From sequence record SRR20825006_2049: a stretch of 43,790 nucleotides of DNA. The stretch is one strand, 5' to 3'. The translations under genes were made by a program, and so were the position numbers. This document shows, one piece after another, positions 1-7,115 of this stretch. Position 1 is the first letter of the stretch, and each line of letters begins with the position of its first letter. The notes beneath the pieces were generated by a model, which was given only the letters and a program-made list of their open reading frames with translations, was not told where the DNA came from and made no database searches.

Positions 1-933
1 ATCTTCTAACCATCCTTTGTATCCTTTTTCAACAGTAATAATCGGGATACGGATTGAAGCTCCACGGTCTGAAATTCCGTAAGAGAAATCGTGAATAGAA
101 GCAGTCTCATGCTGACCAGTTAAACGCTGATCGTTAAACTCACCGTATACTGCAATATGTTCAGAAGTTACAGGACGGAAAGCTTCACAGATAGTGTCGT
201 ATACTTCTTTAGAGCCAGCAGTTCTTAAAGTTGTATTTGAGAAGTTAGCGTGCATACCAGAACCGTTCCAGTCACCTTTAATTGGTTTTGGGTGGTACTC
301 AATATAGTAACCATACTCTTCAGTAAGTCTTTGTAATAAGTAACGAGCTACCCAGATTTCATCACCTGCTTTTTTAGCTCCTTTTGCAAAAAGTTGGAAT
401 TCCCACTGACCGCTAGCAACCTCTTGGTTGATACCTTCAAAGTTAAGACCAGCATCAATACATAGATCTGCGTGCTCCTCAACAAAAGCTCTACCGTGTG
501 TGTTTTTACCACCTACAGAGCAATAGTACATACCTTGAGGACCAGGATAACCACCAACAGGGAAACCTAAAGGCAGTTGTGTGTTTTTATCCATAATGAA
601 ATATTCTTGCTCAAAACCGAACCAGAAATCATCATCTTCATCATCGATTGTTGCTCTTGCGTTAGACTCGTGTGGAGTACCATCTGCATTAAGAACCTCA
701 GTCATTACTAAGTATCCATCTCTACGAGCAGGATCTGGATATATTGCAACGGGCTTCAATAAGCAATCAGAAGAGCCTCCTTCGGCTTGTTTTGTTGAAG
801 AACCATCAAAAGACCAAACAGGACAGTCTTCTAACTTCCCGCTAAAATCTTCTTCTACTTTGGTTTTACTTCTAAGATTGGCAGTAGGTGTATAACCGTC
901 CAACCAGAGATACTCTAATTTTGATTTGCCCAT
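1..933 (-). CDS. glnII: Glutamine synthetase type II (beta-grasp + catalytic domain); 3' end runs off the left edge of the window
   Basis: Not in the ORF track. Manual translation from ATG at 933 gives MGKSKLEYLWLDGYTPTANLRSKTK...WSFDGSSTKQAEGGSSDCLLKP...GFEQEYF...GINQEVASGQWEFQ...HPKPIKGDWNGSGMHANFS, which are GSII signature motifs. The frame is open to position 1. Confidence 0.93.
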   Translation of the reverse strand, partial: MGKSKLEYLWLDGYTPTANLRSKTKVEEDFSGKLEDCPVWSFDGSSTKQAEGGSSDCLLKPVAIYPDPARRDGYLVMTEVLNADGTPHESNARATIDDEDDDFWFGFEQEYFIMDKNTQLPLGFPVGGYPGPQGMYYCSVGGKNTHGRAFVEEHADLCIDAGLNFEGINQEVASGQWEFQLFAKGAKKAGDEIWVARYLLQRLTEEYGYYIEYHPKPIKGDWNGSGMHANFSNTTLRTAGSKEVYDTICEAFRPVTSEHIAVYGEFNDQRLTGQHETASIHDFSYGISDRGASIRIPIITVEKGYKGWLED

Positions 934-973
934 AATAAATTGATTTTAAATTTTTTTTGAATTAAACTAGAAA

Positions 974-981
974 CAAATATA
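974..981 (-). promoter_or_regulatory. Bacteroidota primary-sigma -7 element (TATATTTG) for the GSII gene
   Basis: Exact TAnnTTTG match on the minus strand, 40 bp upstream of the start codon. Confidence 0.65.
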
Positions 982-1001
982 ACATTTCTTTAATATCTGC
1001 A

Positions 1002-1071
1002 TCTTTAAAAAATAGGGGGTGATGCTTCTTATTAACGGAATAAATTTAATAAGCCCCCTAAAAAATAGGGG
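1002..1071. promoter_or_regulatory. Two copies of a candidate operator CCCCTA-N5-TAGGGG (perfect at 1055-1071, degenerate at 1002-1018)
   Basis: The 13-bp direct repeat TAAAAAATAGGGG occurs at 1006-1018 and 1059-1071, 53 bp apart. It is GC-rich within an AT-rich spacer and lies between two divergent -7 elements. Confidence 0.55.
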
Positions 1072-1096
1072 TGTATTATGAAATCATATATTTTTG

Positions 1097-1104
1097 TACG
1101 TTTG
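1097..1104 (+). promoter_or_regulatory. -7 element (TACGTTTG) for the GSIII gene
   Basis: Exact TAnnTTTG match 31 bp upstream of ATG 1136. Confidence 0.65.
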
Positions 1105-1135
1105 AATTCTGAATTTCATAAAAATTAGCCTTAAA

Positions 1136-3319
1136 ATGGAGACATTGCGATTTTTTGCCCTAAAAGAAAGCCTAAACAGAAAGCCGGTAACGATCCTAGA
1201 GACACAAAAGCGCTCTGAGTTATTTGGTAAACACGTTTTTGGAAAAGATGCGATGCGTCAAGTTTTATCTCAGGATGCTTTTGAGGCAGTGGAAGACGCC
1301 ATAAACACAGGGGCAAAAATAGATCGTGTAATGGCAGATAGTATTGCGGCCGGGATGAAGCAGTGGGCGTTAGAATTAGGTGCAACCCATTATACGCACT
1401 GGTTTCAGCCTTTAACCGGGGCTACGGCAGAAAAGCATGATGCGTTTTTTGAACAAACTTCAGAAGGTAGGGCTATCGAGAAATTTGAAGGTGCAAAATT
1501 AGTTCAACAAGAACCAGATGCGTCTTCTTTTCCTCACGGTGGAATTAGAAATACTTTTGAAGCGCGCGGGTATACCGCTTGGGATCCTACATCGCCGGCA
1601 TTTATTTTAGATACCACCCTTTGTATTCCTACTGTTTTTGTATCGTATACAGGAGAGGCATTAGATAACAAAACACCTTTGTTAAGAGCCCTCAACTCCA
1701 TTGATCATCACGCCACAGAGGTCGCTAAATATTTTAATAAAAGTGTCACTAAAGTCACGGCTACTTTAGGCTGGGAACAGGAATATTTTTTGATAGATTC
1801 AGCACTGGCAGCTTCTCGCCCCGATATCATGCAAACCGGGAGAGCCTTGCTTGGTCACGCTCCGGCTAAAGGGCAACAATTAGATGACCACTATTTTGGG
1901 TCTATTCCGGTACGTGCACTTAATTTTATGAAAGAACTCGAGCAGCAATGTATGCTTTTAGGAATCCCTGTTAAAACACGGCATAATGAGGTCGCACCAA
2001 ACCAATTTGAGTTGGCTCCAATTTTTGAGGAAGCCAACCTTGCGGTAGATCATAATTCGCTTATAATGGATTTGATGGATCGTGTTGCTAGCCGCCATAA
2101 TTTAAAAGTGCTCTTTCACGAAAAACCGTTCGCCGGAATAAACGGGAGCGGAAAACATAATAACTGGTCTCTGGCAACAGATACCGGAGTCAACTTGTTA
2201 AGTCCAGGTACGACTCCGATGAAAAATTTACAGTTTCTTACCTTTTTTATAAATACTATTAAAGCAGTTCAGGAAAACGAAGCATTGCTTAGAGCGTCTG
2301 TGGCTTCGGCTTCTAATGATCACAGATTGGGTGCCAATGAGGCACCACCCGCGATTATGTCGGTATTCATAGGAAAACAGTTAACCGCTGTTCTTGACGA
2401 ATTAGAAAAAGTAACAGATGGAAAACTCTCTCCACAGGAAAAAACAGATCTAAAGCTCAATGTGGTAGGTAAAATTCCTGAAATTTTGTTGGACAATACA
2501 GATAGGAACAGGACATCACCTTTTGCGTTCACCGGAAACAAATTTGAGTTTAGAGCCGTAGGTTCCACCACAAACTGCGCAAGACCCATGGTTGTTTTAA
2601 ATACGATCGTAGCCAAACAGCTTAAAGATTTTAAAGCAGAAGTAGATAAGCTAATAGATAAGGAGAGCATGAAAAAAGATGATGCGATCTTTAATGTACT
2701 GCGCGAGTATATAAAGTCTTCTAAAAAAATAAGGTTTGAAGGTGATGGCTATAGTGCAGAATGGGAAAAGGAGGCCAAGAAGCGAAAACTGAGTAATAAT
2801 AGAACTACTCCCGAAGCTTTAAAAGTTCAAATAGGAAAGCAAGTTTCAAGCCTATTTGAAGAAATGGAAGTGATGAATAACGTTGAGCTTAAAGCGCGTT
2901 ATGATATTGAATTAGAAGAATACATTAAAAGAATTCAGATTGAAAGTAGAGTTCTAGGCGCCATTGCCGGCAATCATATAATTCCCACAGCGATACGCTA
3001 TCAAAATCTATTGATCAAAAATGTAAATGGCCTAAAGAATATCTACGAAGCCGACTATCAAGAGTTGGCTCAAGAACAACTAGAGCTTATTCAGAAAATA
3101 TCGAAATATATTAGTACGATCAATAAAGAAATAAGTTTTATGATCGAAGCAAGAAAAGAGGCTAATGCACTAGATACTAAAGAAAGAGCAGAGGTATACC
3201 AGACTAAAGTATTACCATTTTTTGACTCTATACGGTATGCTTCAGATAAACTCGAACTTATGGTTGAAGATAAATTATGGCCTTTGGCTAAAAACCGTGA
3301 ACTGCTTAATTTAAATTAA
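1136..3319 (+). CDS. glnA: Glutamine synthetase type III
   Basis: 727 aa with GSIII motifs THWFQPLTG..AEKHD, QEPDASSFP.GG.R.TFEARGYT.WD, GWEQEYFL, HNEVAP.QFE, HEKPF.G.NGSGKH.NWS and DRNRTSPFAFTGNKFEFRA. Confidence 0.96.
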   Translation: METLRFFALKESLNRKPVTILETQKRSELFGKHVFGKDAMRQVLSQDAFEAVEDAINTGAKIDRVMADSIAAGMKQWALELGATHYTHWFQPLTGATAEKHDAFFEQTSEGRAIEKFEGAKLVQQEPDASSFPHGGIRNTFEARGYTAWDPTSPAFILDTTLCIPTVFVSYTGEALDNKTPLLRALNSIDHHATEVAKYFNKSVTKVTATLGWEQEYFLIDSALAASRPDIMQTGRALLGHAPAKGQQLDDHYFGSIPVRALNFMKELEQQCMLLGIPVKTRHNEVAPNQFELAPIFEEANLAVDHNSLIMDLMDRVASRHNLKVLFHEKPFAGINGSGKHNNWSLATDTGVNLLSPGTTPMKNLQFLTFFINTIKAVQENEALLRASVASASNDHRLGANEAPPAIMSVFIGKQLTAVLDELEKVTDGKLSPQEKTDLKLNVVGKIPEILLDNTDRNRTSPFAFTGNKFEFRAVGSTTNCARPMVVLNTIVAKQLKDFKAEVDKLIDKESMKKDDAIFNVLREYIKSSKKIRFEGDGYSAEWEKEAKKRKLSNNRTTPEALKVQIGKQVSSLFEEMEVMNNVELKARYDIELEEYIKRIQIESRVLGAIAGNHIIPTAIRYQNLLIKNVNGLKNIYEADYQELAQEQLELIQKISKYISTINKEISFMIEARKEANALDTKERAEVYQTKVLPFFDSIRYASDKLELMVEDKLWPLAKNRELLNLN

Positions 3320-3566
3320 GTTGGTGCCAAATTTTTGGTGTATTAGGAGCCTCAGCACTATTAATACTATGTAAATTAATTGTGAATTTCTTACTTTTTT
3401 AGTAGGTTAAATCCTACAAAATATTTTAGGGTAACATAAAGGGTGTTTTTCCCTTCTCGTATTTTAGAGTAGGCAGGCTCTACGATTTTTATTTACAACG
3501 TTTTCGTTATGCGTGAATTTCATCGAAAAGTTACAATCTTCTTAAAATCTGAGCTTTAGATTTTTA

Positions 3567-3574
3567 TAAATTAG
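3567..3574 (+). promoter_or_regulatory. Candidate -7 element (TAAATTAG, one mismatch) for the curli operon
   Basis: Near match to TAnnTTTG. The implied transcription start near 3581 coincides with the first base of a leader hairpin. Confidence 0.4.
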
Positions 3575-3581
3575 CATCGCA

Positions 3582-3665
3582 TTGAGGCTGAAAGAAGTAC
3601 TTTAGTCTCAACTTCCCCTCAAAATCTCTTTTGGCTAGAGCCCCCTCTCTTTTAGGGTCAAAAGA
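3582..3665 (+). promoter_or_regulatory. Structured 5' leader of csgA: two hairpins with C-rich single-stranded tracts
   Basis: TTGAGGCTGAAAG (3582-3594) pairs with CTTTAGTCTCAA (3600-3611). TCTTTTGGC (3627-3635) pairs with GTCAAAAGA (3657-3665) and encloses CCCCCTCT. The G-U wobbles work only on the + strand. Confidence 0.5.
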
Positions 3666-3721
3666 TTGAAATAGTATTTTATTAACCATTCTATATATTA
3701 TTAATTTAAAACTTTTCAATC

Positions 3722-5245
3722 ATGAAAAAAGTTATGTTAAGCGCAGCAGCGCTAATGTTTGGGGCAGTAGCATTTGCACAAACCAGCACTCAGGCTTCAG
3801 AAGCCGATCTAAGTGATACGCCAATTATAGGGGGTATCATTGATTACTCAAATATTACCACAGCAGATAAGCTTCCAGCAGCGGCAGCTACAGCAAACCG
3901 TGGGTATACTGAGCAAAATGCAACAATGCCAGGGGCTATGAATGATATTAAGGCCCGTCAAGAAGGTGAGAAAAACTCAATTGTAGGGTATCAAACCGGT
4001 GCGGGCAATAAGGTATCTATGTCTCAGATGGGCGATGTAAATGGTAATGCGGCTGATAGTGGCGAATCTAATCTTATTTATTCTACACAAATAGGTCAGA
4101 ACAATGATGGGCGACTTGAGCAACAAGGTGATTTTAATGAGGTTATCTTAGATCAGAATAACGATAATCCTTTTGCGGCCGGGGGTACCGTAGGTAATAA
4201 AGCGGATATTCAGCAGGGAACAGCTAATCAAGCAGAGAAAAATTATGCAGCCGTTCAACAATACGGAGATGATAACTCCACTAAAATCTTACAAACTTAT
4301 GACAATAGTGATGCTCTAGTAATACAAGGAGGTGTTGGTAATATGGTTGAGATCAATCAATATGCTGACCCGGAAAATAGTAAAGGTCACGAGGCACTAG
4401 TTGAACAGTATGGTGATGATAATCAGGCGTTGATCAATCAAAACGCTGATGGAATGAAAGGTCGTAATTACGCTAGAGTTTTCTCTTATGGTAATAATAA
4501 CAAATCAGAGCAAACTCAAACTACTGATAGTGATACCAAAGGAAACGTAGCTTTAGTGAACCAAGGTGTTGATACCGGAAGTTCAGCCGCTCTTTTTAAT
4601 ACTGCAGAATACGCTGTAGTAACATCAGTTGGTGAAGTTATGAACGGTACTCCTAATACACAATCAGATTATAGTGAAGCTATTCAAACCCAGTCTGGTC
4701 ACGATAACGTAGCGGAGTCTCATCAATTTGGTGCAGGTACTAGCACTACTAATGGAGATTATTCTAATCAAACTCAAGATGGTAAAGGTAATGAAGCTTA
4801 TGCGTTTCAAAATGCTTACGGAAGCGCTAGTGGTCGAGGTAATTCTTTACAATCAACACAAACTGGTGACGACAACTACGTAGCTACAGGACAAAATGGT
4901 AGAAATCAAGATGCTACTATTTCTCAAACAGGAGATGATAACTATGCAGTTGCTACACAAAGAGGACGTGGTCATGTGGTAGATATTATGCAAAATGGAG
5001 ATATGAACGCTGCTGAAACTGCTCAGTACGGGGTTGGAAACTCAATTGTTATAAGCCAAGACGGTGGACACAGTTGGAAGGCAGAGCAAGATGTACCAGG
5101 AGCTGCACCTAATGGAGGGAATTCTCTAGATGTTATTCAAGTTGGTCCTAGTACTATTCTTAACAGCGGACTTCAGACTCCTGCGGCTGTTACTAGAGTA
5201 GGTCTTACTGCACCTGCAATGGCTCGTGCATCGGGTTCACTTTAA
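3722..5245 (+). CDS. csgA: Major curlin subunit (CsgA-like), about 15 curlin repeats
   Basis: Sec signal peptide ending AFA|Q. About 30 N/S-x5-Q strands form curlin repeats, for example NSLQSTQTGDDNYVATGQ and QDATISQTGDDNYAVATQ. The protein is Gln/Asn/Gly-rich and lies upstream of csgEFG homologues. Confidence 0.88.
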   Translation: MKKVMLSAAALMFGAVAFAQTSTQASEADLSDTPIIGGIIDYSNITTADKLPAAAATANRGYTEQNATMPGAMNDIKARQEGEKNSIVGYQTGAGNKVSMSQMGDVNGNAADSGESNLIYSTQIGQNNDGRLEQQGDFNEVILDQNNDNPFAAGGTVGNKADIQQGTANQAEKNYAAVQQYGDDNSTKILQTYDNSDALVIQGGVGNMVEINQYADPENSKGHEALVEQYGDDNQALINQNADGMKGRNYARVFSYGNNNKSEQTQTTDSDTKGNVALVNQGVDTGSSAALFNTAEYAVVTSVGEVMNGTPNTQSDYSEAIQTQSGHDNVAESHQFGAGTSTTNGDYSNQTQDGKGNEAYAFQNAYGSASGRGNSLQSTQTGDDNYVATGQNGRNQDATISQTGDDNYAVATQRGRGHVVDIMQNGDMNAAETAQYGVGNSIVISQDGGHSWKAEQDVPGAAPNGGNSLDVIQVGPSTILNSGLQTPAAVTRVGLTAPAMARASGSL

Positions 5246-5298
5246 GATTATGAGTATTCGTAGGATATTAAAAACCGCGTAATACAATGCTTGTAAAG

Positions 5299-5334
5299 GT
5301 GGGCATACTTCTAAAAAGTATGTCCACTCTTTAT
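5299..5334 (+). terminator. Intra-operon hairpin after csgA (leaky terminator or mRNA stabiliser)
   Basis: GTGGGCATACTT-CTAAA-AAGTATGTCCAC forms a 12-bp stem with one G-U pair, followed by a weak U tract (TCTTTAT). Confidence 0.6.
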
Positions 5335-5354
5335 AAATTAAAAAAAGACGCTTT

Positions 5355-5897
5355 ATGAAACCAAAATTCTTTTTTACGGCAATATTGATTCTTCTTATGA
5401 CAACTGCATATGCTCAAACGTATAAAAATGAAACTAATAGTGATGATCAAAAACAATTAGTAGAAAAAGAACTGGTGTCTGCTCAAATATTAACCAATTT
5501 AGGTGTTGGAACTGCTCAAAACGATCGCAATGCAACTCTTAGAGGCAATAGTGTAGTGTTGAGTCAGATTGGCGATTACAATACAGCCGCGATAAATGTA
5601 GTTGCTCAGGCCAGTGAAATCAACATAAATCAAGTAGGAGATCAAAACTATGTAGGCTTAGATTATAAGGTTAAAACAGCTATTTCAGAAATTCTTCAAG
5701 AAGGTAATCGAAATACGGTTTATGACATTGTTAATAATCGTGATGCAGATATTTCGCTAGATATACAACAACAAGGAAATGATTTAAACTTTCAAAGACT
5801 CGGAGTAAATAAACTCACCGAGTCCTTACAATTTAAGCAAACTGAAGCATCACCGGTATTGATTATACGTAGTGATTCTTTTGGGTTTGTAAACTAG
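5355..5897 (+). CDS. csgB: Minor curlin / nucleator (CsgB-like)
   Basis: Signal peptide ending AYA|Q. About 4 degenerate curlin repeats (QIGDYN, QVGDQN, QEGNRN, QQGNDL). Located between csgA and csgE. Confidence 0.72.
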   Translation: MKPKFFFTAILILLMTTAYAQTYKNETNSDDQKQLVEKELVSAQILTNLGVGTAQNDRNATLRGNSVVLSQIGDYNTAAINVVAQASEININQVGDQNYVGLDYKVKTAISEILQEGNRNTVYDIVNNRDADISLDIQQQGNDLNFQRLGVNKLTESLQFKQTEASPVLIIRSDSFGFVN

Positions 5898-5902
5898 AAA
5901 AT

Positions 5903-6697
5903 GTGCTAATTAAACCTATTGTAAAATTGAAAATTATAAGTGTTTATAGTGTTCTTCTTTTTTTTTCATTGGTTAAAACACACGCGCAATTCTATAATAA
6001 AGAGGTCGCAGCGTCTATAAGAATAGAGCGAAATAGTGAGTTTTTAAAGTTTTTTGCATTGGCAGAAAATAAATCTCCTGTAGACCGTACCCTAGAATAT
6101 GATTTTTTAATTTTTAAAACTCAAGCTGACGGCACAGTTTCAAAAGATAATGATAAACAAAGGTTCGTATTAAGTGCGTACGAAAAAAAGGAGCTTCAAA
6201 ACTTAGTTTTATCTAATGCCGTCACTAACAAAACAATTATCGTTTTATTAATCTATGATCAAGACGGTAAACCTATAGGTAAAGATAGGATCGAGTTAGA
6301 ACAAGGTAGTCTATCGAATTTAGACAATTTAAAGGGAAATCTCATCGCCATTTCTTCAGATCAAATAGATCAAGCTGCTCCACAAGATGGTTTTAAACTA
6401 CAAGGTCTGGTAATACAAAAGTCAATCACAAAAGCGGGCAGAGATTTTTACAAATACTTTTATTCCCTTTTCTACAATAAAGATATAAAGTCTTCCAAGA
6501 ATATTAGAATTCTTGAGGTTCCGGGTAGATCAAGAACTACTCGCATCTCGGTTAAAATAGATGATTTTGTCGTTTGGCAATTTTTTGCCCAACCTCAGCG
6601 CAAATATCTTGAACAGCACGCAAGCATCGCAATTAGTAAGGTTGTAGAGCGATTGCAGATTTTAGAACAACAGAAGGATAAGTTTATACACTATTAA
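5903..6697 (+). CDS. csgE: CsgE-family curli assembly protein with an extra N-terminal CsgH-like beta-sandwich domain
   Basis: The C-terminal GLVIQKSITKAGRDFYKYF...IRILEVP...ISVKIDDFVVWQFFAQP aligns by eye with E. coli CsgE GLLTDHTVSSIGHDFYRAF...LTINERP...ITITVNQDVIFQTFLFP. An extra domain of about 110 aa follows the signal peptide. The GTG start is uncertain. Confidence 0.8.
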   Translation: MLIKPIVKLKIISVYSVLLFFSLVKTHAQFYNKEVAASIRIERNSEFLKFFALAENKSPVDRTLEYDFLIFKTQADGTVSKDNDKQRFVLSAYEKKELQNLVLSNAVTNKTIIVLLIYDQDGKPIGKDRIELEQGSLSNLDNLKGNLIAISSDQIDQAAPQDGFKLQGLVIQKSITKAGRDFYKYFYSLFYNKDIKSSKNIRILEVPGRSRTTRISVKIDDFVVWQFFAQPQRKYLEQHASIAISKVVERLQILEQQKDKFIHY

Positions 6698-6698
6698 T

Positions 6699-7109
6699 AT
6701 GAAAACAATTACTTTTTTAATTCTATTATTTGGAGGAATAACCTTCATGCACGCCCAGCAATTTACTTACAAACCGCTTAACCCGGCTTTTGGAGGGGAC
6801 ACCTTTAATTACAATTGGTTATTGAGTTCGGCTACTGTACAAAATGGTTTAAAAGAAGGTTTGAGTGCTGAAGATCAAAAGTCAGAATTAGAACAATTTG
6901 GTGATAATTTGAATAAACAAGTTTTAAGTCAGATTTCAAGAACACTACTTCAGCAACAAATAGAAGGAATTGGTGATTTTACCGAAGAAGGCACATTTAC
7001 CTATGGAACGCTGGCCGTTGAAGTTTTTGAGAGTGAAGAAGGGTTAGTGATCAATATTCTAGACACTTCTACAGGTGAGCAAACTCAAGTTATAGTCCCA
7101 AATCAATAA
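6699..7109 (+). CDS. csgF: Curli assembly protein CsgF
   Basis: The mature N-terminus QQFTYKPLNPAFGGDTFNYNWLLSSATVQN matches the CsgF pattern NPxFGGxxxNxxxLLxSAxxQN. Confidence 0.93.
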   Translation: MKTITFLILLFGGITFMHAQQFTYKPLNPAFGGDTFNYNWLLSSATVQNGLKEGLSAEDQKSELEQFGDNLNKQVLSQISRTLLQQQIEGIGDFTEEGTFTYGTLAVEVFESEEGLVINILDTSTGEQTQVIVPNQ

Positions 7110-7115
7110 ATCAAG

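Noticed and set aside
581-895. 104-aa plus-strand ORF
   Set aside because: It is the antisense shadow of the GSII gene, which has clear family motifs on the minus strand.
1013-1071. Mutually exclusive hairpins considered as a glutamine riboswitch or attenuator
   Set aside because: The segment lies upstream of both predicted -7 elements, so it is probably not transcribed. A DNA operator is the simpler reading.
4840-5060. 66-bp periodicity in csgA considered as a DNA tandem repeat or CRISPR-like array
   Set aside because: The periodicity is at the protein level (22-aa curlin repeats) with diverged synonymous codons. There are no identical repeats with unique spacers.
3722-5245. CsgA-like ORF considered as an ice-nucleation, RTX or T9SS-secreted adhesin
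   Set aside because: The repeats fit the curlin QxGxxN pattern, there is no T9SS C-terminal domain, and csgEFG homologues are adjacent.
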